This document shows, piece by piece, positions 26,724-36,758 of a DNA stretch of 64,000 bases; positions within the stretch are counted from its first letter, which is position 1, and each line of letters begins with the position of its first letter. The notes under the pieces are model-generated. The model was not told the DNA's origin. It did no database searches and saw nothing but the letters and a program-made list of their open reading frames with translations. The stretch is from a bacterium (lineage in GTDB: Archaea > Thermoplasmatota > E2 > JACPAO01 > JAHFTW01). Made by a program: the position numbers and the translations under genes. The stretch is taken from positions 1-64,000 of the forward strand of contig JAZJZE010000003.1 in assembly GCA_040390065.1 (NCBI GenBank). The letters run 5' to 3'.

Positions 26724-27692
26724 CTACTGCGCGCGTTCCATGAGGAGTTCCGCCAAGCGTTCCAGGGCCGAGCGGGCCGTGGACGGCGGCAGGCGTTCGA
26801 CTTCCAGGAGTGCCGCCTGGGTGTAGCTGGATGCCTCCAGTTGGCTGGCCGCCACGGCGCCGGATTCGAGCAAGCGGGCCCGCATGCCTGGGAATTCCTT
26901 GGCATCACGACGCGCCGGCACTTGGCCGCCGCGTTCGATGAAGTGCAGGTACGGGCTCGTGATTGTTCCGGCAAGGTAGTCGGTGCCCGCGGCTTTGCCG
27001 GTCCACTGCGGGTCGCCGGAAACGTCGAGCACGTCGTCGAGGATCTGGAAGGCATGGCCCATGGCATTGCCGTAGGCGTGCAATGACTGCACGGTGGGCG
27101 CCGGCGCGTGGGCCATCGTGGCACCGATTCCGCAACCCGCGGCCAGCAACGCTGCAGTCTTGTCGCGGATGACCCGGACGTACGCCTCGCGGTCGGGTTT
27201 TCCCGAAGCGAGAAGTTCCTGTTCGAGCATCTGCCCCTCGCAGAGCCGCCGGCATGCGTCCGCGGTCATGGCCATGGCGTCCTTGGGCAGCTTGGCGGCG
27301 AGGGCGAAGGCTTGCGTGAACAGGTAGTCGCCCACGAGGATGGCCCCGTCGCGGCCATGGGCGGCATAGGTGCTTGGCTGGCCGCGGCGCTCCTTCGACT
27401 CGTCCATGATGTCGTCGTGCACGAGGCTCGCGGCATGCACGAGTTCCAGCGCGACGGCGGAGTCGATGGCGTCGGATTGGGCCTGCGGGCCAAGCTTGTC
27501 GCCCCCGCACGCCTCGAAGGCCGTCAGCAACAGGAGCGGTCGGATGCGCTTGCCGCCGGCGCCGAGGGCTTCGCCGGTCCATTTCCCGAGGCGGGCATCG
27601 CGGCTCTGTCCCTGCAGTGCGAGGCGCTTCTCCACATCGTCGAGGCGGGCCACGATGGCGGCCGGGAACACGCCCGTGATGGGATTGCTCAC
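26724..27692 (-). CDS. Polyprenyl diphosphate synthase
   Basis: GGKRIRP, LVHDDIMD..ERRG, GDYLF, KTA, FQILDDVLD. Confidence 0.95.
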   Translation of the reverse strand: MSNPITGVFPAAIVARLDDVEKRLALQGQSRDARLGKWTGEALGAGGKRIRPLLLLTAFEACGGDKLGPQAQSDAIDSAVALELVHAASLVHDDIMDESKERRGQPSTYAAHGRDGAILVGDYLFTQAFALAAKLPKDAMAMTADACRRLCEGQMLEQELLASGKPDREAYVRVIRDKTAALLAAGCGIGATMAHAPAPTVQSLHAYGNAMGHAFQILDDVLDVSGDPQWTGKAAGTDYLAGTITSPYLHFIERGGQVPARRDAKEFPGMRARLLESGAVAASQLEASSYTQAALLEVERLPPSTARSALERLAELLMERAQ

Positions 27693-29029
27693 GAGGCGAC
27701 CCCCAGGATGGCGAGGCAGAGGACGGCGGTGACGGCGACGTGCAGGACCAAGGTGCCGAACCGGACTGGCGCGAGGCCCCGCGGGTCGTCAAGGTTGCGT
27801 TGCACGAGGCCGACGAGGAGGATGGCGCCAATGCCAAGGCCGGCGATCATGAACGGCACGCGGGCGCCGAGGATGAACGCGGTGCCCGCCAGGGCGGCGA
27901 TTGCGCCCAGCACGAGGGATGCGTAGCCGGCGAGATGGCGGCGCCGCGGAAGGCGGACGAGAAGGGTTCGCGATCCCCCTGCTTCGTCGAGGGGGCGGTC
28001 GGCGAGGTCGTCGGCGTAGAGAACGGCGGCGGCGAGGGCTCCCGTCGGAATGGTTGCGGCCGCGTAGGCGAGGTGCATCCAGTGGTCGGCGATCCCTGGT
28101 GCGGCTGCGTGCAGTGCGCCCTCCGCGACGAGCGGGCCATAGATGATGCCGGCCAGAAGCGGGCCCCACCCGATGTTCTTGAGGTGGCCGAAAGCGGTGC
28201 TCAAGGCTAGTCCTGCGACGGCGAACAGGACGACGACGGGGGCTTGGATTGCAAGCGCCACGCCGCACACGCTCGCCACGGCGTACCCGAGCCGGGATTG
28301 CCACAGAAGCGCGCGGCGGTTGGGCACCTTGAGGTTGAGCGGGCCGGACGCGTGTGGGTGGCGAAGGTCATGCAACGCGTTGGCGCCCAACTGGACGGCG
28401 ACGGCGCCAAGCAGGATGGCGGCGATGCGCCAGGGCACAACGGGGCCGGCCAGACGCACGGCGAGAGCGATGCCGACGGCGGCCGACAAGACGGCGCACA
28501 GGACGAGGTGGAGGCGCTGCGCGGCGACCACTTGGGCAAGGCGCACGAGGCGGTCGCGGCCTTCCAACCGGTAGTAGACGACGAACTGGCCGTTCCCTTC
28601 GGGCTTGGCGTGTGCTTGCGCTCCGGACAGGCCGACGAAGGATTCGACCAGGCCGGCAAGGTACGCGTCGGGCAAGTCGGATTGCAGCAGGATCCTGGCC
28701 TCCCCGGGGCGATGCGCCTCGACACGGGCTGCAAGGCGGTCGCCGCGAAGGTACGGGTACACTTCGCTGGCAAAGAGCGAGATTGCGCGCTCCGGCCGTC
28801 CCCGCAGATGGCGGACGAGCGTGCGGAACGTGCGCGCCCACAAGGCGACGTAGTCGGCGGCAAGCTGGCGCACCGCCTGCTCACCCCGGGCGGCTTGCAC
28901 CTTCGCGAGGCTTTCGGAAAGCGTCCAGGCCTCGACGAGGGAGTTGGGGTCGCTGCCGGGGGCGCCGGCGTCAGGATGGCGGCGGGCGACGTGGGTGCCC
29001 AGGATGGAGCGCACGAGTCCGCCTTCCAT
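27689..29029 (-). CDS. UbiA/MenA-like prenyltransferase with an extra ~150-aa soluble N-terminal domain
   Basis: QLGANALHD, YADDLADRPLDEAGGSRTLLVRL, multiple TMs; GTGA overlap with the polyprenyl synthase. Confidence 0.8.
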   Translation of the reverse strand: MEGGLVRSILGTHVARRHPDAGAPGSDPNSLVEAWTLSESLAKVQAARGEQAVRQLAADYVALWARTFRTLVRHLRGRPERAISLFASEVYPYLRGDRLAARVEAHRPGEARILLQSDLPDAYLAGLVESFVGLSGAQAHAKPEGNGQFVVYYRLEGRDRLVRLAQVVAAQRLHLVLCAVLSAAVGIALAVRLAGPVVPWRIAAILLGAVAVQLGANALHDLRHPHASGPLNLKVPNRRALLWQSRLGYAVASVCGVALAIQAPVVVLFAVAGLALSTAFGHLKNIGWGPLLAGIIYGPLVAEGALHAAAPGIADHWMHLAYAAATIPTGALAAAVLYADDLADRPLDEAGGSRTLLVRLPRRRHLAGYASLVLGAIAALAGTAFILGARVPFMIAGLGIGAILLVGLVQRNLDDPRGLAPVRFGTLVLHVAVTAVLCLAILGVAS

Positions 29030-29073
29030 GGCCCCGTCGACCGGTGGCGCGGCATTAACCCTTATCGAGGGCC

Positions 29074-29092
29074 ACAACTTGCCCGAGGTTGT
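29074..29092. promoter_or_regulatory. Possible operator palindrome in the divergent promoter
   Basis: ACAAC-N9-GTTGT directly before the TrmB ATG and downstream of TTAACCCTTAT. Confidence 0.35.
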
Positions 29093-29983
29093 ATGCTCGA
29101 CCTGCTCGAGGCTCTCGGCCTCAACGCCTACGAGGCGCGGGCTCTTGCGCATCTTCTCAAGCATGGCGAGCGCAGTGCGCCGGACTTGTCGCGTGAGACG
29201 CAGATCCCCTTCGGCCGCGTCTACGACACGCTGAACACCTTGATCGAACGCGGGCTTGCGACAAGCCGCGTGGGTCGCCCCCGGATGTTTGCCGCCGTGG
29301 CCCCGGGGACTGTCTCGTCGCGCCTGCTCGCGGCCTCCAAGCGCAAGTTGCAGGAGGAAGAGCGCGACGTGTCGCAGCATGCGGCCGCCCTCGAGGCGCA
29401 ACTGTCGAAACTGGAACCCCGCAAGGCGCCTGGCTCTACGTTGTACGGGGTCCGCCTCGGCGAGGATGCCGCCCGCGAATTCCTCATCGAAGCCACCCAC
29501 GGCGCCAAGGCGCAGGTCGAAGCCTACCTCGCCTTCGACAAGGTGCAGGACGACGACCTCGCCCTGTTCGACGCCTTCCGCCAAGCGGTCGGCCGCGGCG
29601 TGCACACGCGCATCCTCCTGCGCGCCAAGGACGTCGACTACTTGCTGTCGACGCCGTACGTCAACCAAGTCCTCGACGCGCTCTTGCCGCATCTCGGCGA
29701 AAACCTCGAGGTCCGCCTGTCCGCCGCCGACATCACGCCGTTCTCCGTCCTGGACCAGGAACGCGTCGTGTTGGGCGTGCGCAACCCGCTCGACCCCAAG
29801 ACGTACTTCGCCGTCGTCCACCTCGACGACCGCACATTTGCAAAGGACCTCGTCGGCAAGTTCGATACGCTGTGGCGTGAAGGGCAACTCGACCCGGCCA
29901 TCGTGAAGCGGCTGCTCGGCACCCGCAGTGGTCGCGCCATCGCCAAGCTGGGCTCACGCCTCAAGGCGCGCAGAGGCCGCTGA
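29093..29983 (+). CDS. TrmB family transcriptional regulator
   Basis: LGLNAYEARAL..LL..G..SA.DLS..TQIPFGRVYDTL..L.ERGL, RPRMFAAV; C-terminal PLD-like effector domain (FDTLW). Confidence 0.93.
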   Translation: MLDLLEALGLNAYEARALAHLLKHGERSAPDLSRETQIPFGRVYDTLNTLIERGLATSRVGRPRMFAAVAPGTVSSRLLAASKRKLQEEERDVSQHAAALEAQLSKLEPRKAPGSTLYGVRLGEDAAREFLIEATHGAKAQVEAYLAFDKVQDDDLALFDAFRQAVGRGVHTRILLRAKDVDYLLSTPYVNQVLDALLPHLGENLEVRLSAADITPFSVLDQERVVLGVRNPLDPKTYFAVVHLDDRTFAKDLVGKFDTLWREGQLDPAIVKRLLGTRSGRAIAKLGSRLKARRGR

Positions 29984-29984
29984 C

Positions 29985-30764
29985 ATGGACCTGCCCGTCC
30001 CACCGAAGGTCGAGGCCGTACTCGAGGAGAAGCTTGCACCGTTTCGCGAATCCATCCTCGACCATCCACCGTGGCAGAGCCCGTGGTTCATGTTGGGCGC
30101 CGGCATGCTCGTTGCTGCTGCCGTCGGGTTGGGGTTCTTGTGGCTGGCAGACCGCACGCAGGGCATCGCGGTGGCCGTCGCCATCGGCGCCATGTTCATT
30201 GCCGGCAAGGAGTCGAGCCTTCCCATCGTGTTGTTCTCGCTGTCGGGCAACCCTCTCATCATCGCCTTTTCCTTGATCTGGGTCGATGCCGGGGCGAGCA
30301 TCGCCTTGTACCCGTTCATCGCCGTGGGCGTCGCAGGCGTCGAGCACAGCAAGGGCGCCATCTGGGGCTTCGTCGGCGGCGTCGTGCGCTCCACCCACCG
30401 GCGCGCGGCCAAGAAGCGTGAGATGCTGGACAAGTACGGCGGATATGGCTTGTGGGCGTTCATGATCGTCCCCTTCGCCTTCAACGGGCCGCCGGTCGGC
30501 ATGGTCCTGGGGCGCATCGTGGGCTTGCACACGCGCACGATCCTCGCCGCCGTCGTCGCCGCAATCCTCGCGACCACCATCGCCTGGACGGTTGCCTGGC
30601 GGATCCTCTGGGACCAAGGCGTGACGAAACTCCCCGTGCCCTGGTGGGTGCCTGCCACACTCGCCGTCGCCATCGCCGCGTTCGCCATCTCGTGGACCGT
30701 CGTCGAGGGCATCCGGGAGCACCGCCGCGAGAAGGCAGCCGCGGACTCCAAGAAATCCGACTAA
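29985..30764 (+). CDS. Small multidrug export-like (DedA-related) membrane protein
   Basis: AGKESSLP, KYGGYGLWAFMIVPFAFNGPPVG..LG.IVG. Confidence 0.8.
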   Translation: MDLPVPPKVEAVLEEKLAPFRESILDHPPWQSPWFMLGAGMLVAAAVGLGFLWLADRTQGIAVAVAIGAMFIAGKESSLPIVLFSLSGNPLIIAFSLIWVDAGASIALYPFIAVGVAGVEHSKGAIWGFVGGVVRSTHRRAAKKREMLDKYGGYGLWAFMIVPFAFNGPPVGMVLGRIVGLHTRTILAAVVAAILATTIAWTVAWRILWDQGVTKLPVPWWVPATLAVAIAAFAISWTVVEGIREHRREKAAADSKKSD

Positions 30765-30921
30765 CGTCTGACGCAAAAGTCCCCTGACGCCGGGCTGCCC
30801 GGAGCCGACCGTCTGCGTCGTCAGGGGCCCTGGCCGTACCTCCAGTACGCCTGCGGGCCCCTTCCTAGCAGCCGGCACGCTGCGGATTGCCCGGCGGACA
30901 GGCTACTTTTGCGTCAGACTC
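30764..30921. mobile_element. MITE-like element, 158 bp
   Basis: 15-bp perfect inverted repeat GTCTGACGCAAAAGT (30766-30780) / ACTTTTGCGTCAGAC (30905-30919), flanked by TA on both sides; no transposase. Confidence 0.8.
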
Positions 30922-31352
30922 TAGTCGACCGGCGCCGTCGGTCCGAACTTGCGGTCCCAGTCGGGCCCGTCCTCGATGTAGTCGAGCAAGTAGCTCTCGA
31001 GGCATGCGTCGCAGGGGACGTAGCCGCTCAGCGTGATGCCGCCGCGCAGCAACAGCGGCGAGATGACGGGCGCCTCCATCGCGTACTGCAACACGCAGCA
31101 TTCGGGGTAGCCGTAGCGCGTTCCCAGCCGGAAGTGGTACAGGAACGCTTCCTCGATGGCGGCCGGATCCTGCGCGCGCTTTTCCGGACCCCCCGCGCGT
31201 CGCAGGCGACGGACACGCGGCCCGAACCCCTCCGGGACTTGCCGGCCTTCCCATTCGATGCCGCCGGCGTCGAACGCCGGGTACAGGCGCTCGTTCAAGG
31301 CGCGGAAGACCATGTTCAAGGGGCGCCGCTTGGCCATCGCTGGGTCGCGCAT
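30921..31352 (-). CDS. Hypothetical Cys-motif protein (DUF483-like GYPxCC)
   Basis: LGTRYGYPECCV and YVPCDAC motifs. Confidence 0.65.
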   Translation of the reverse strand: MRDPAMAKRRPLNMVFRALNERLYPAFDAGGIEWEGRQVPEGFGPRVRRLRRAGGPEKRAQDPAAIEEAFLYHFRLGTRYGYPECCVLQYAMEAPVISPLLLRGGITLSGYVPCDACLESYLLDYIEDGPDWDRKFGPTAPVD

Positions 31353-31608
31353 TGGAGCCCAGACTTATAGGAGGTTGCGACAGGGCCGTTGCCGACCGAA
31401 CGAAAACACGCGTGGCCGAAGGGGGAGCCAGCCGCGGTGTTGCTTGCCGGCGGCCAGCGGTGGTAGGTCGGGTATGGTGCGTCCGCCCCTCGGCCACGCG
31501 TGCAAGCCGACGATTCAAGCGGGATACATGTCCCGATTGGCTAGGACGGGCCCGCAATCCGTCGCGCGCGGCGTCGTCGGCCGGCAATCCCCACGCAGTG
31601 CCCCGGCC

Positions 31609-31624
31609 AAAAAGGACTAAATAC
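31609..31624 (+). promoter_or_regulatory. BRE/TATA-like promoter of the thermosome gene
   Basis: AAAAAGGACTAAATAC in a GC-rich context; AGGTGA RBS just upstream of ATG 31698. Confidence 0.45.
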
Positions 31625-31697
31625 GAGCGCTCATGCAGGAATCCAGAGCCTGAACCGGGATTTCTCCTGGGAATGGCCATTCACAAGGTGACCCACC

Positions 31698-33374
31698 ATG
31701 ACGAATGGAAGCACAAGCACCGGACAACCGATCTACATCCTGAAGGAAGGCACCGAGCGCACCCGCGGCCGCACCGCCCAGTCGAACAACATCTACGCCG
31801 CACGCCTCATCGCGGAGACCGTCAAGTCCACCCTCGGCCCCCGCGGCATGGACAAGATGCTGGTCGACTCGATGGGTGACGTCGTCATCACGAACGACGG
31901 CGCGACCATCCTCAAGGAGATCGATGTCGCGCACCCGGCGGCCAAGATGGTCATCGAGGTTGCAAAGACGCAGGACGCCGAATGCGGCGACGGCACGACG
32001 ACGTCCGTCATCCTGACCGGCGAACTGCTGAAGCAGGCTGGCGAGCTCCTCGAGAAGGGCATCCACCCGACGACAATCACGGCCGGCTACCAGCTCGCCG
32101 CCAAGGAGGCCCTCAAGGTCCTCGCCTCGATCGCCATCCCCGTCAAGAAGACGGACATCGCGACCCTGCGCCAGATCTCGAGCACCAGCCTGAACTCGAA
32201 GAACATCTCCTACAACTCCGAGCTCATCTCGGACATCGTCGTTCGCGCCTGCACCTCCGTGATGGAGACCCAGGGCACCGGCAAGGACGCCGAGACCACC
32301 GTCGACATCGCCGAGAACATCCTTGTGCAGAAGGCCAAGGGCGGCAGCCTCGAGGACACCGAGCTCATCCAGGGCATCATCCTGGACAAGGAGCGCGTCC
32401 ACACCGGCATGCCGACGAACGTCAAGAACGCGAAGATCGCCCTCGTCAACGCGGCCCTCGAGATCAAGAAGACCGAGGTCGACGCCAAGATCGAGATCAC
32501 GGCCCCCAACCAGCTGTCCGCCTTCCTGGAGCAGGAAGAGAAGACGCTGAAGGACATGGTCACGAAGGTCGTCAAGTCCGGCGCCACCGTCCTCATCACC
32601 CAGAAGGGCATCGATGACCTCGCCCAGCACTACCTCGCCAAGGCCGGCATCTACGCGGTGCGCCGCGCCAAGAAGTCGGACATGGAGAAGCTCGAGAAGG
32701 CAACGGGCGCCACCATCGTCAACACGCTGGACGACCTCACGGCCTCCAACCTCGGCAAGGCCGGACTCGTCGAGGAACGCAAGATCGGCGAGGACAAGTT
32801 CACCTTCGTGACCGAGTGCCCGTCCGCCAAGGCCGTGAGCATCCTGCTGCGCGGCGGCACCGAGCACGTCGTCGATGAGGCCGAGCGCGCCATGCACGAC
32901 GCACTCTCCGTCGTCGCGGTCGCCCTCGAGGACGGCAAGATGACGCCCGGCGGCGGCGCGGCTGCAACCGAGATCGCCTTCCGCCTGCGCGAGTACGCGA
33001 CGACGGTCGGCGGCCGCGAGCAGTTGGCCGTCGAGGCCTTCGCGGAGTCCGTCGAAGTCGTCCCGCGCACGCTCGCCGAGAACGCTGGCCTGGACGAGCT
33101 CGACATCCTGTTGAACCTGCGCCGCGCCCACAAGAAGGGCGAGAAGAACGCCGGCATCAACGTCTTCACGGGCAAGATCGAGGACATGGTCGCAAACCAC
33201 GTCATCGAGCCGCTGCGCGTCGGCACCCAGGAGATCAAGGCTGCCACCGAGGCAGCCGTCATGATCTTGCGCATCGACGACGTCATCGCGGCGAAGTCGT
33301 TCTCCGGCGGCGGCGCCGGCGGCCCAGGCGGCGCGGGCGGAATGCCCGGCGGCATGGGCGACATGGATATGTGA
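31698..33374 (+). CDS. Thermosome (group II chaperonin) subunit
   Basis: [40 protein letters not shown] tail. Confidence 0.98.
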   Translation: MTNGSTSTGQPIYILKEGTERTRGRTAQSNNIYAARLIAETVKSTLGPRGMDKMLVDSMGDVVITNDGATILKEIDVAHPAAKMVIEVAKTQDAECGDGTTTSVILTGELLKQAGELLEKGIHPTTITAGYQLAAKEALKVLASIAIPVKKTDIATLRQISSTSLNSKNISYNSELISDIVVRACTSVMETQGTGKDAETTVDIAENILVQKAKGGSLEDTELIQGIILDKERVHTGMPTNVKNAKIALVNAALEIKKTEVDAKIEITAPNQLSAFLEQEEKTLKDMVTKVVKSGATVLITQKGIDDLAQHYLAKAGIYAVRRAKKSDMEKLEKATGATIVNTLDDLTASNLGKAGLVEERKIGEDKFTFVTECPSAKAVSILLRGGTEHVVDEAERAMHDALSVVAVALEDGKMTPGGGAAATEIAFRLREYATTVGGREQLAVEAFAESVEVVPRTLAENAGLDELDILLNLRRAHKKGEKNAGINVFTGKIEDMVANHVIEPLRVGTQEIKAATEAAVMILRIDDVIAAKSFSGGGAGGPGGAGGMPGGMGDMDM

Positions 33375-33490
33375 AATTCGCGAGCGCAACGAGCGACTTT
33401 CACATGAGCCGGCGCGAAGCGCCGGCGGACCCTGCGGTTCGGCGTCAGCCGGACCGCAGGGGTCGAGCCGACGCGCCGCAGCGCGTTGGC
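33369..33490. other. Four back-to-back GC-rich hairpins after the thermosome stop
   Basis: ATGTGAAATTCGC..GCGACTTTCACAT; GCCGGCGC-GAA-GCGCCGGC; CCCTGCGGT..ACCGCAGGG; GCCGACGCGC-CGCA-GCGCGTTGGC. Confidence 0.7.
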
Positions 33491-33630
33491 GGACCACGAC
33501 GGAACGCGTCGGCTGCCCAGCGGACGGTGCGCAGGCCCCCCCGCCCTCCCGGCACCGGCGCGAAAACCTGGTGTGCGAAGCGCGCGTACAATCTCCACCC
33601 CCTTCTTCCAACCCGTTTTCTCGAAGGCCT

Positions 33631-35787
33631 TCAACCCTCGCGGGGCCGACGGCGAATACCCACCGTGGCCACGCCGACCGCGGCCAGGACGGCCACGAAA
33701 CCAAGCCCGGGGCTCTGCGCTTGACTCGTGTGCTCGAGGCTGGCGGCCAGGGCGGCTTCATCCGGCACATTCTGCGACGTGGAGACCGTTCCATACAACC
33801 GTACGAGGGCTTGCAGCGCCGGATCATCCTGCGCCTGTGCACGCAGCACCAAGTCCACCGAGTCCGCGGTGGTTGCGCCCGGAGGAACGGCGACCGCCAC
33901 GGTGACGTTCCACCAGGTGCCCGCGGCGACGCGGTTCTCTGGATTGTCCAGGAGACGTGCCCACTCGACACCCTTGCCAGACAAGTGCAACTCGATGGTG
34001 TGTGCGCCGGCGTCGGGCGCCAGACGGACGGCGACTTGGTAGACCGCGGTCTTGCCGGGATTGACGACCCGGTCCTGGCTGCCGATGGGCTGCAAGGCGA
34101 GTTTCGCCGTGGCCGCAAATGTCGCGTCCACCGGATCGCGATACTCGAACAACGGAAGGTCCAGGAGCCCGCCGGGAAGGAGCTTTGGCGGGTCGCGGGC
34201 CACGGCCGTATCCGGGCGCGTGCCGGCGACCGTCAGCTCGAGGACGAGGGAACTCTTGGGCCTGAAGACGACCCGGTCGCCCTCCGGCGTGGCGGTCAGC
34301 TTCAGCGAAAAGTAGGCCGGCGTGCTCGCCTGCATGTCCTGGGCCGGCGACGTCGCAAGACGGGCCAGAACCGTCCGGTTGCCGCCGGTGCGCGTTCCAA
34401 ACTGGTCAAACGTGCTGTCGACGTAGTAGGCCAACTCGCCGGAGGCGACGGCGCCAAGCATGGGGGTCGTCGACTGGAAACCTCCAGAAAATGTGCCGTT
34501 GCGCAGCAGGTCGAAGTCGAGGCCGATGGCAAGGTCTGGCGCCAGGGGAACCGTCCAATGGAACGTGTTCGGCACCGATGGCACGAACCCGGATGGCGGG
34601 TCCGCAGGCACGGCCACGCCGCGGTCACCGTCGTCCTTGGCAAGGGCGTTCATCCACGCGTACTCGACGTTGAAGCCGAACGCCAAGGCGTACGCCGGGA
34701 TGGTCGGGTCGTCCGAAAACGGCGCGCTGTGCAGCGACAGGACGTTGTGGTGGCCGGCGGGTTGCGGCACTTTGGGGTAACGGACGCCGAGTTCCAGGTC
34801 GGCATGGGAAGCAGCGTCCGTCGCGCTTGCGGCATGAAGCATGAACGACTTGAACGACCCGTGCTGGTGGTTGAACGCCATCGTCACCACGACCGGAACG
34901 TCGACGGAGGCCCCGGCGTCGAGGTCGACGACGGCATTGGGAAGGCTGACGTCCCAGCCTAGGGGCGGGTTGCTCACCTCCAGGCGGTAGTGGTCCGCGC
35001 GGGGGCCGACGTTTCGTGCCGTGACCGTGAAGACCACCGTGCCGGCCTCGCCGTTGGATTGGCGGGTCGGGACCTGGCTTGACAGTCGGGCCGAGCCGGT
35101 CTGGACTGGTCCGAGCATGACCGGAACGCCGGTTGTGCCGTTGCCCGAGTTTGGCATGCGGTCGCGGATGGTGGGCGGCGCTTGCCCACTGAAGCTGACG
35201 GGGAAAAGGAAGATTTCCATGAAGGACTGGGAGTCCGCCCAGAAGCCGCTGATCTGCGTGCCGACGTAGGGTTTGGCGCCGTGCGAGTCGGTGATGAGGT
35301 CGCGGGGGACCGTGATGACGAAGGACGCGGACGCTCGGTCTTGCGTGATTGGCAGGTAATCCACGGCGTAGTAGCGGTCCTCGGCGGGATCGTAGCGTGC
35401 CAGGGACGCAAACACCCCCGTCTGCTGGCTCTTGATGCGGCCCACTTGAATGGCGTATTGGACGTCGCCCTGGAGGAAGTGCAGGCCGTAGAATGCAGAT
35501 TCACCCAGGGGCGGCTCGGTGCCGTCTTCCAGACTGGCGACGGTGAGAGTGAACAGGAACTCCGTGGCCTGTTCCTGCACCGTGGCTGCGACCAGGTCCA
35601 TCTGCGCCAGGCGCGGCGTCGGGTTGCTGATGGGCTGGACGGGTGTACCAATGGCCACGTCGCCGGAATCGTCCTGCAAGACCGCCACCGGGGCGGGCGC
35701 CGGCGCCGCGCTGCCTTGCGCCGCTGTGGGTGCGCCGGGCAGGACAAGGAGAAAGGCCACCGCGGCCAGGAGGAAGCGCTGCTGCAT
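33631..35787 (-). CDS. Large secreted surface protein with Ig-like domains and PGF-CTERM-like anchor
   Basis: Signal peptide; VTARNVGPRADHYRLEVSNPPLGWDV Ig-like segment; C-terminal SPGLGFVAVLAAVGVATVGIRRR. Confidence 0.85.
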   Translation of the reverse strand: MQQRFLLAAVAFLLVLPGAPTAAQGSAAPAPAPVAVLQDDSGDVAIGTPVQPISNPTPRLAQMDLVAATVQEQATEFLFTLTVASLEDGTEPPLGESAFYGLHFLQGDVQYAIQVGRIKSQQTGVFASLARYDPAEDRYYAVDYLPITQDRASASFVITVPRDLITDSHGAKPYVGTQISGFWADSQSFMEIFLFPVSFSGQAPPTIRDRMPNSGNGTTGVPVMLGPVQTGSARLSSQVPTRQSNGEAGTVVFTVTARNVGPRADHYRLEVSNPPLGWDVSLPNAVVDLDAGASVDVPVVVTMAFNHQHGSFKSFMLHAASATDAASHADLELGVRYPKVPQPAGHHNVLSLHSAPFSDDPTIPAYALAFGFNVEYAWMNALAKDDGDRGVAVPADPPSGFVPSVPNTFHWTVPLAPDLAIGLDFDLLRNGTFSGGFQSTTPMLGAVASGELAYYVDSTFDQFGTRTGGNRTVLARLATSPAQDMQASTPAYFSLKLTATPEGDRVVFRPKSSLVLELTVAGTRPDTAVARDPPKLLPGGLLDLPLFEYRDPVDATFAATAKLALQPIGSQDRVVNPGKTAVYQVAVRLAPDAGAHTIELHLSGKGVEWARLLDNPENRVAAGTWWNVTVAVAVPPGATTADSVDLVLRAQAQDDPALQALVRLYGTVSTSQNVPDEAALAASLEHTSQAQSPGLGFVAVLAAVGVATVGIRRRPREG

Positions 35788-35866
35788 GGCGGCCGCATTC
35801 CGAGCCCCGCCTTACGCCTTTCGCGGGGGGGACCGAAGGCACCGGAAGGCGAGAGGAGAATCGGCC

Positions 35867-36694
35867 CTACGCGGCGTCCTGCACGATGTTGGCCTTGTAC
35901 AGGTTCAGCTTCGACTGCTCGAAGTGGATGTGGAACTGGGCGTATTCGCTGATCTGGTGGGCCTTGGGTTCGAAGTGGTAGACGCCGTCCATCCTGATGG
36001 GGAACATCTCCGTGGGCGTGCTTGCGACGGTGCCATCCGGATTCGGCAGGTAGAGCATGCCCGTGTAGGTGCCGTTGGTTGCAGGCAGGCCGGCGACGGT
36101 CACGTCGAAGCTGTTGCCGGTGAATCCGCCCACGACGGTGAGCGCGTTGACGCCCGCGCTCAGGGTGAACTTGCCGCTCGCTGCCATGCCGGCGGCAGTG
36201 GCCTTGCCGGAGCCGACAGGCGCCGTCCCGTAGAGGAAGTCGTCCAAGCGGAGTTCGGCGTGGTCGAAGGCGCCGGACAGGTCTGCGGTGGCGTTGATGC
36301 TGATGGTGGCGTTCGGCTGGCTGGCGTCCAGCGGACCGATGTTGTAGGGGGCGCGGCCGGGGCCGACGAGGATGACCGCGTACGTGGCGCCGTTGGGCGC
36401 TGGGAGATTCTCGGCCGAGACCTTGATGGTCGTGTACGGGCCCTTGCAGCGGTGCACGCTGCCCGACGGGTCGGCCGGGGCGCTCGGCGTGTTCTGTAGG
36501 CACGTCGCATTGACCGGGCCTTGCGTGGGCAGCGGGTTGCCGCCGTTCGTGAAGGGCTGGTAGAACAGGTCGATGGATGCCGCCAGCGGGGTGGCGAAGT
36601 TGGCGTTCTCGAGCTTGCCCGTCGGGTCCTTGGTGCCGCAGCCGGCGAGGGCGAACAGGAGGACGGCTGGAATCGCAACGAGCTTCGCGTTCAT
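35867..36694 (-). CDS. Predicted lipoprotein
   Basis: MNAK-hydrophobic-LAGC; internal duplication LPAPNGATY / LPATNGTY. Confidence 0.8.
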   Translation of the reverse strand: MNAKLVAIPAVLLFALAGCGTKDPTGKLENANFATPLAASIDLFYQPFTNGGNPLPTQGPVNATCLQNTPSAPADPSGSVHRCKGPYTTIKVSAENLPAPNGATYAVILVGPGRAPYNIGPLDASQPNATISINATADLSGAFDHAELRLDDFLYGTAPVGSGKATAAGMAASGKFTLSAGVNALTVVGGFTGNSFDVTVAGLPATNGTYTGMLYLPNPDGTVASTPTEMFPIRMDGVYHFEPKAHQISEYAQFHIHFEQSKLNLYKANIVQDAA

Positions 36695-36758
36695 GCAAGC
36701 GCGCGAGAAACGGCTGCGATATCAAGTTTCTGTGGAGTCCGCTGGACCGGGGGCTTGC

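Noticed and set aside
27689-29887. 732-aa version of the prenyltransferase
   Set aside because: The part above 29029 is antisense to the TrmB gene.
31520-31535. CGGGATACATGTCCCG palindrome upstream of the thermosome as a heat-shock operator
   Set aside because: Short, single occurrence, far from the TATA-like box; cannot be distinguished from chance.
31617-34118. 833-aa minus-strand ORF
   Set aside because: Mirror frame of the thermosome gene.
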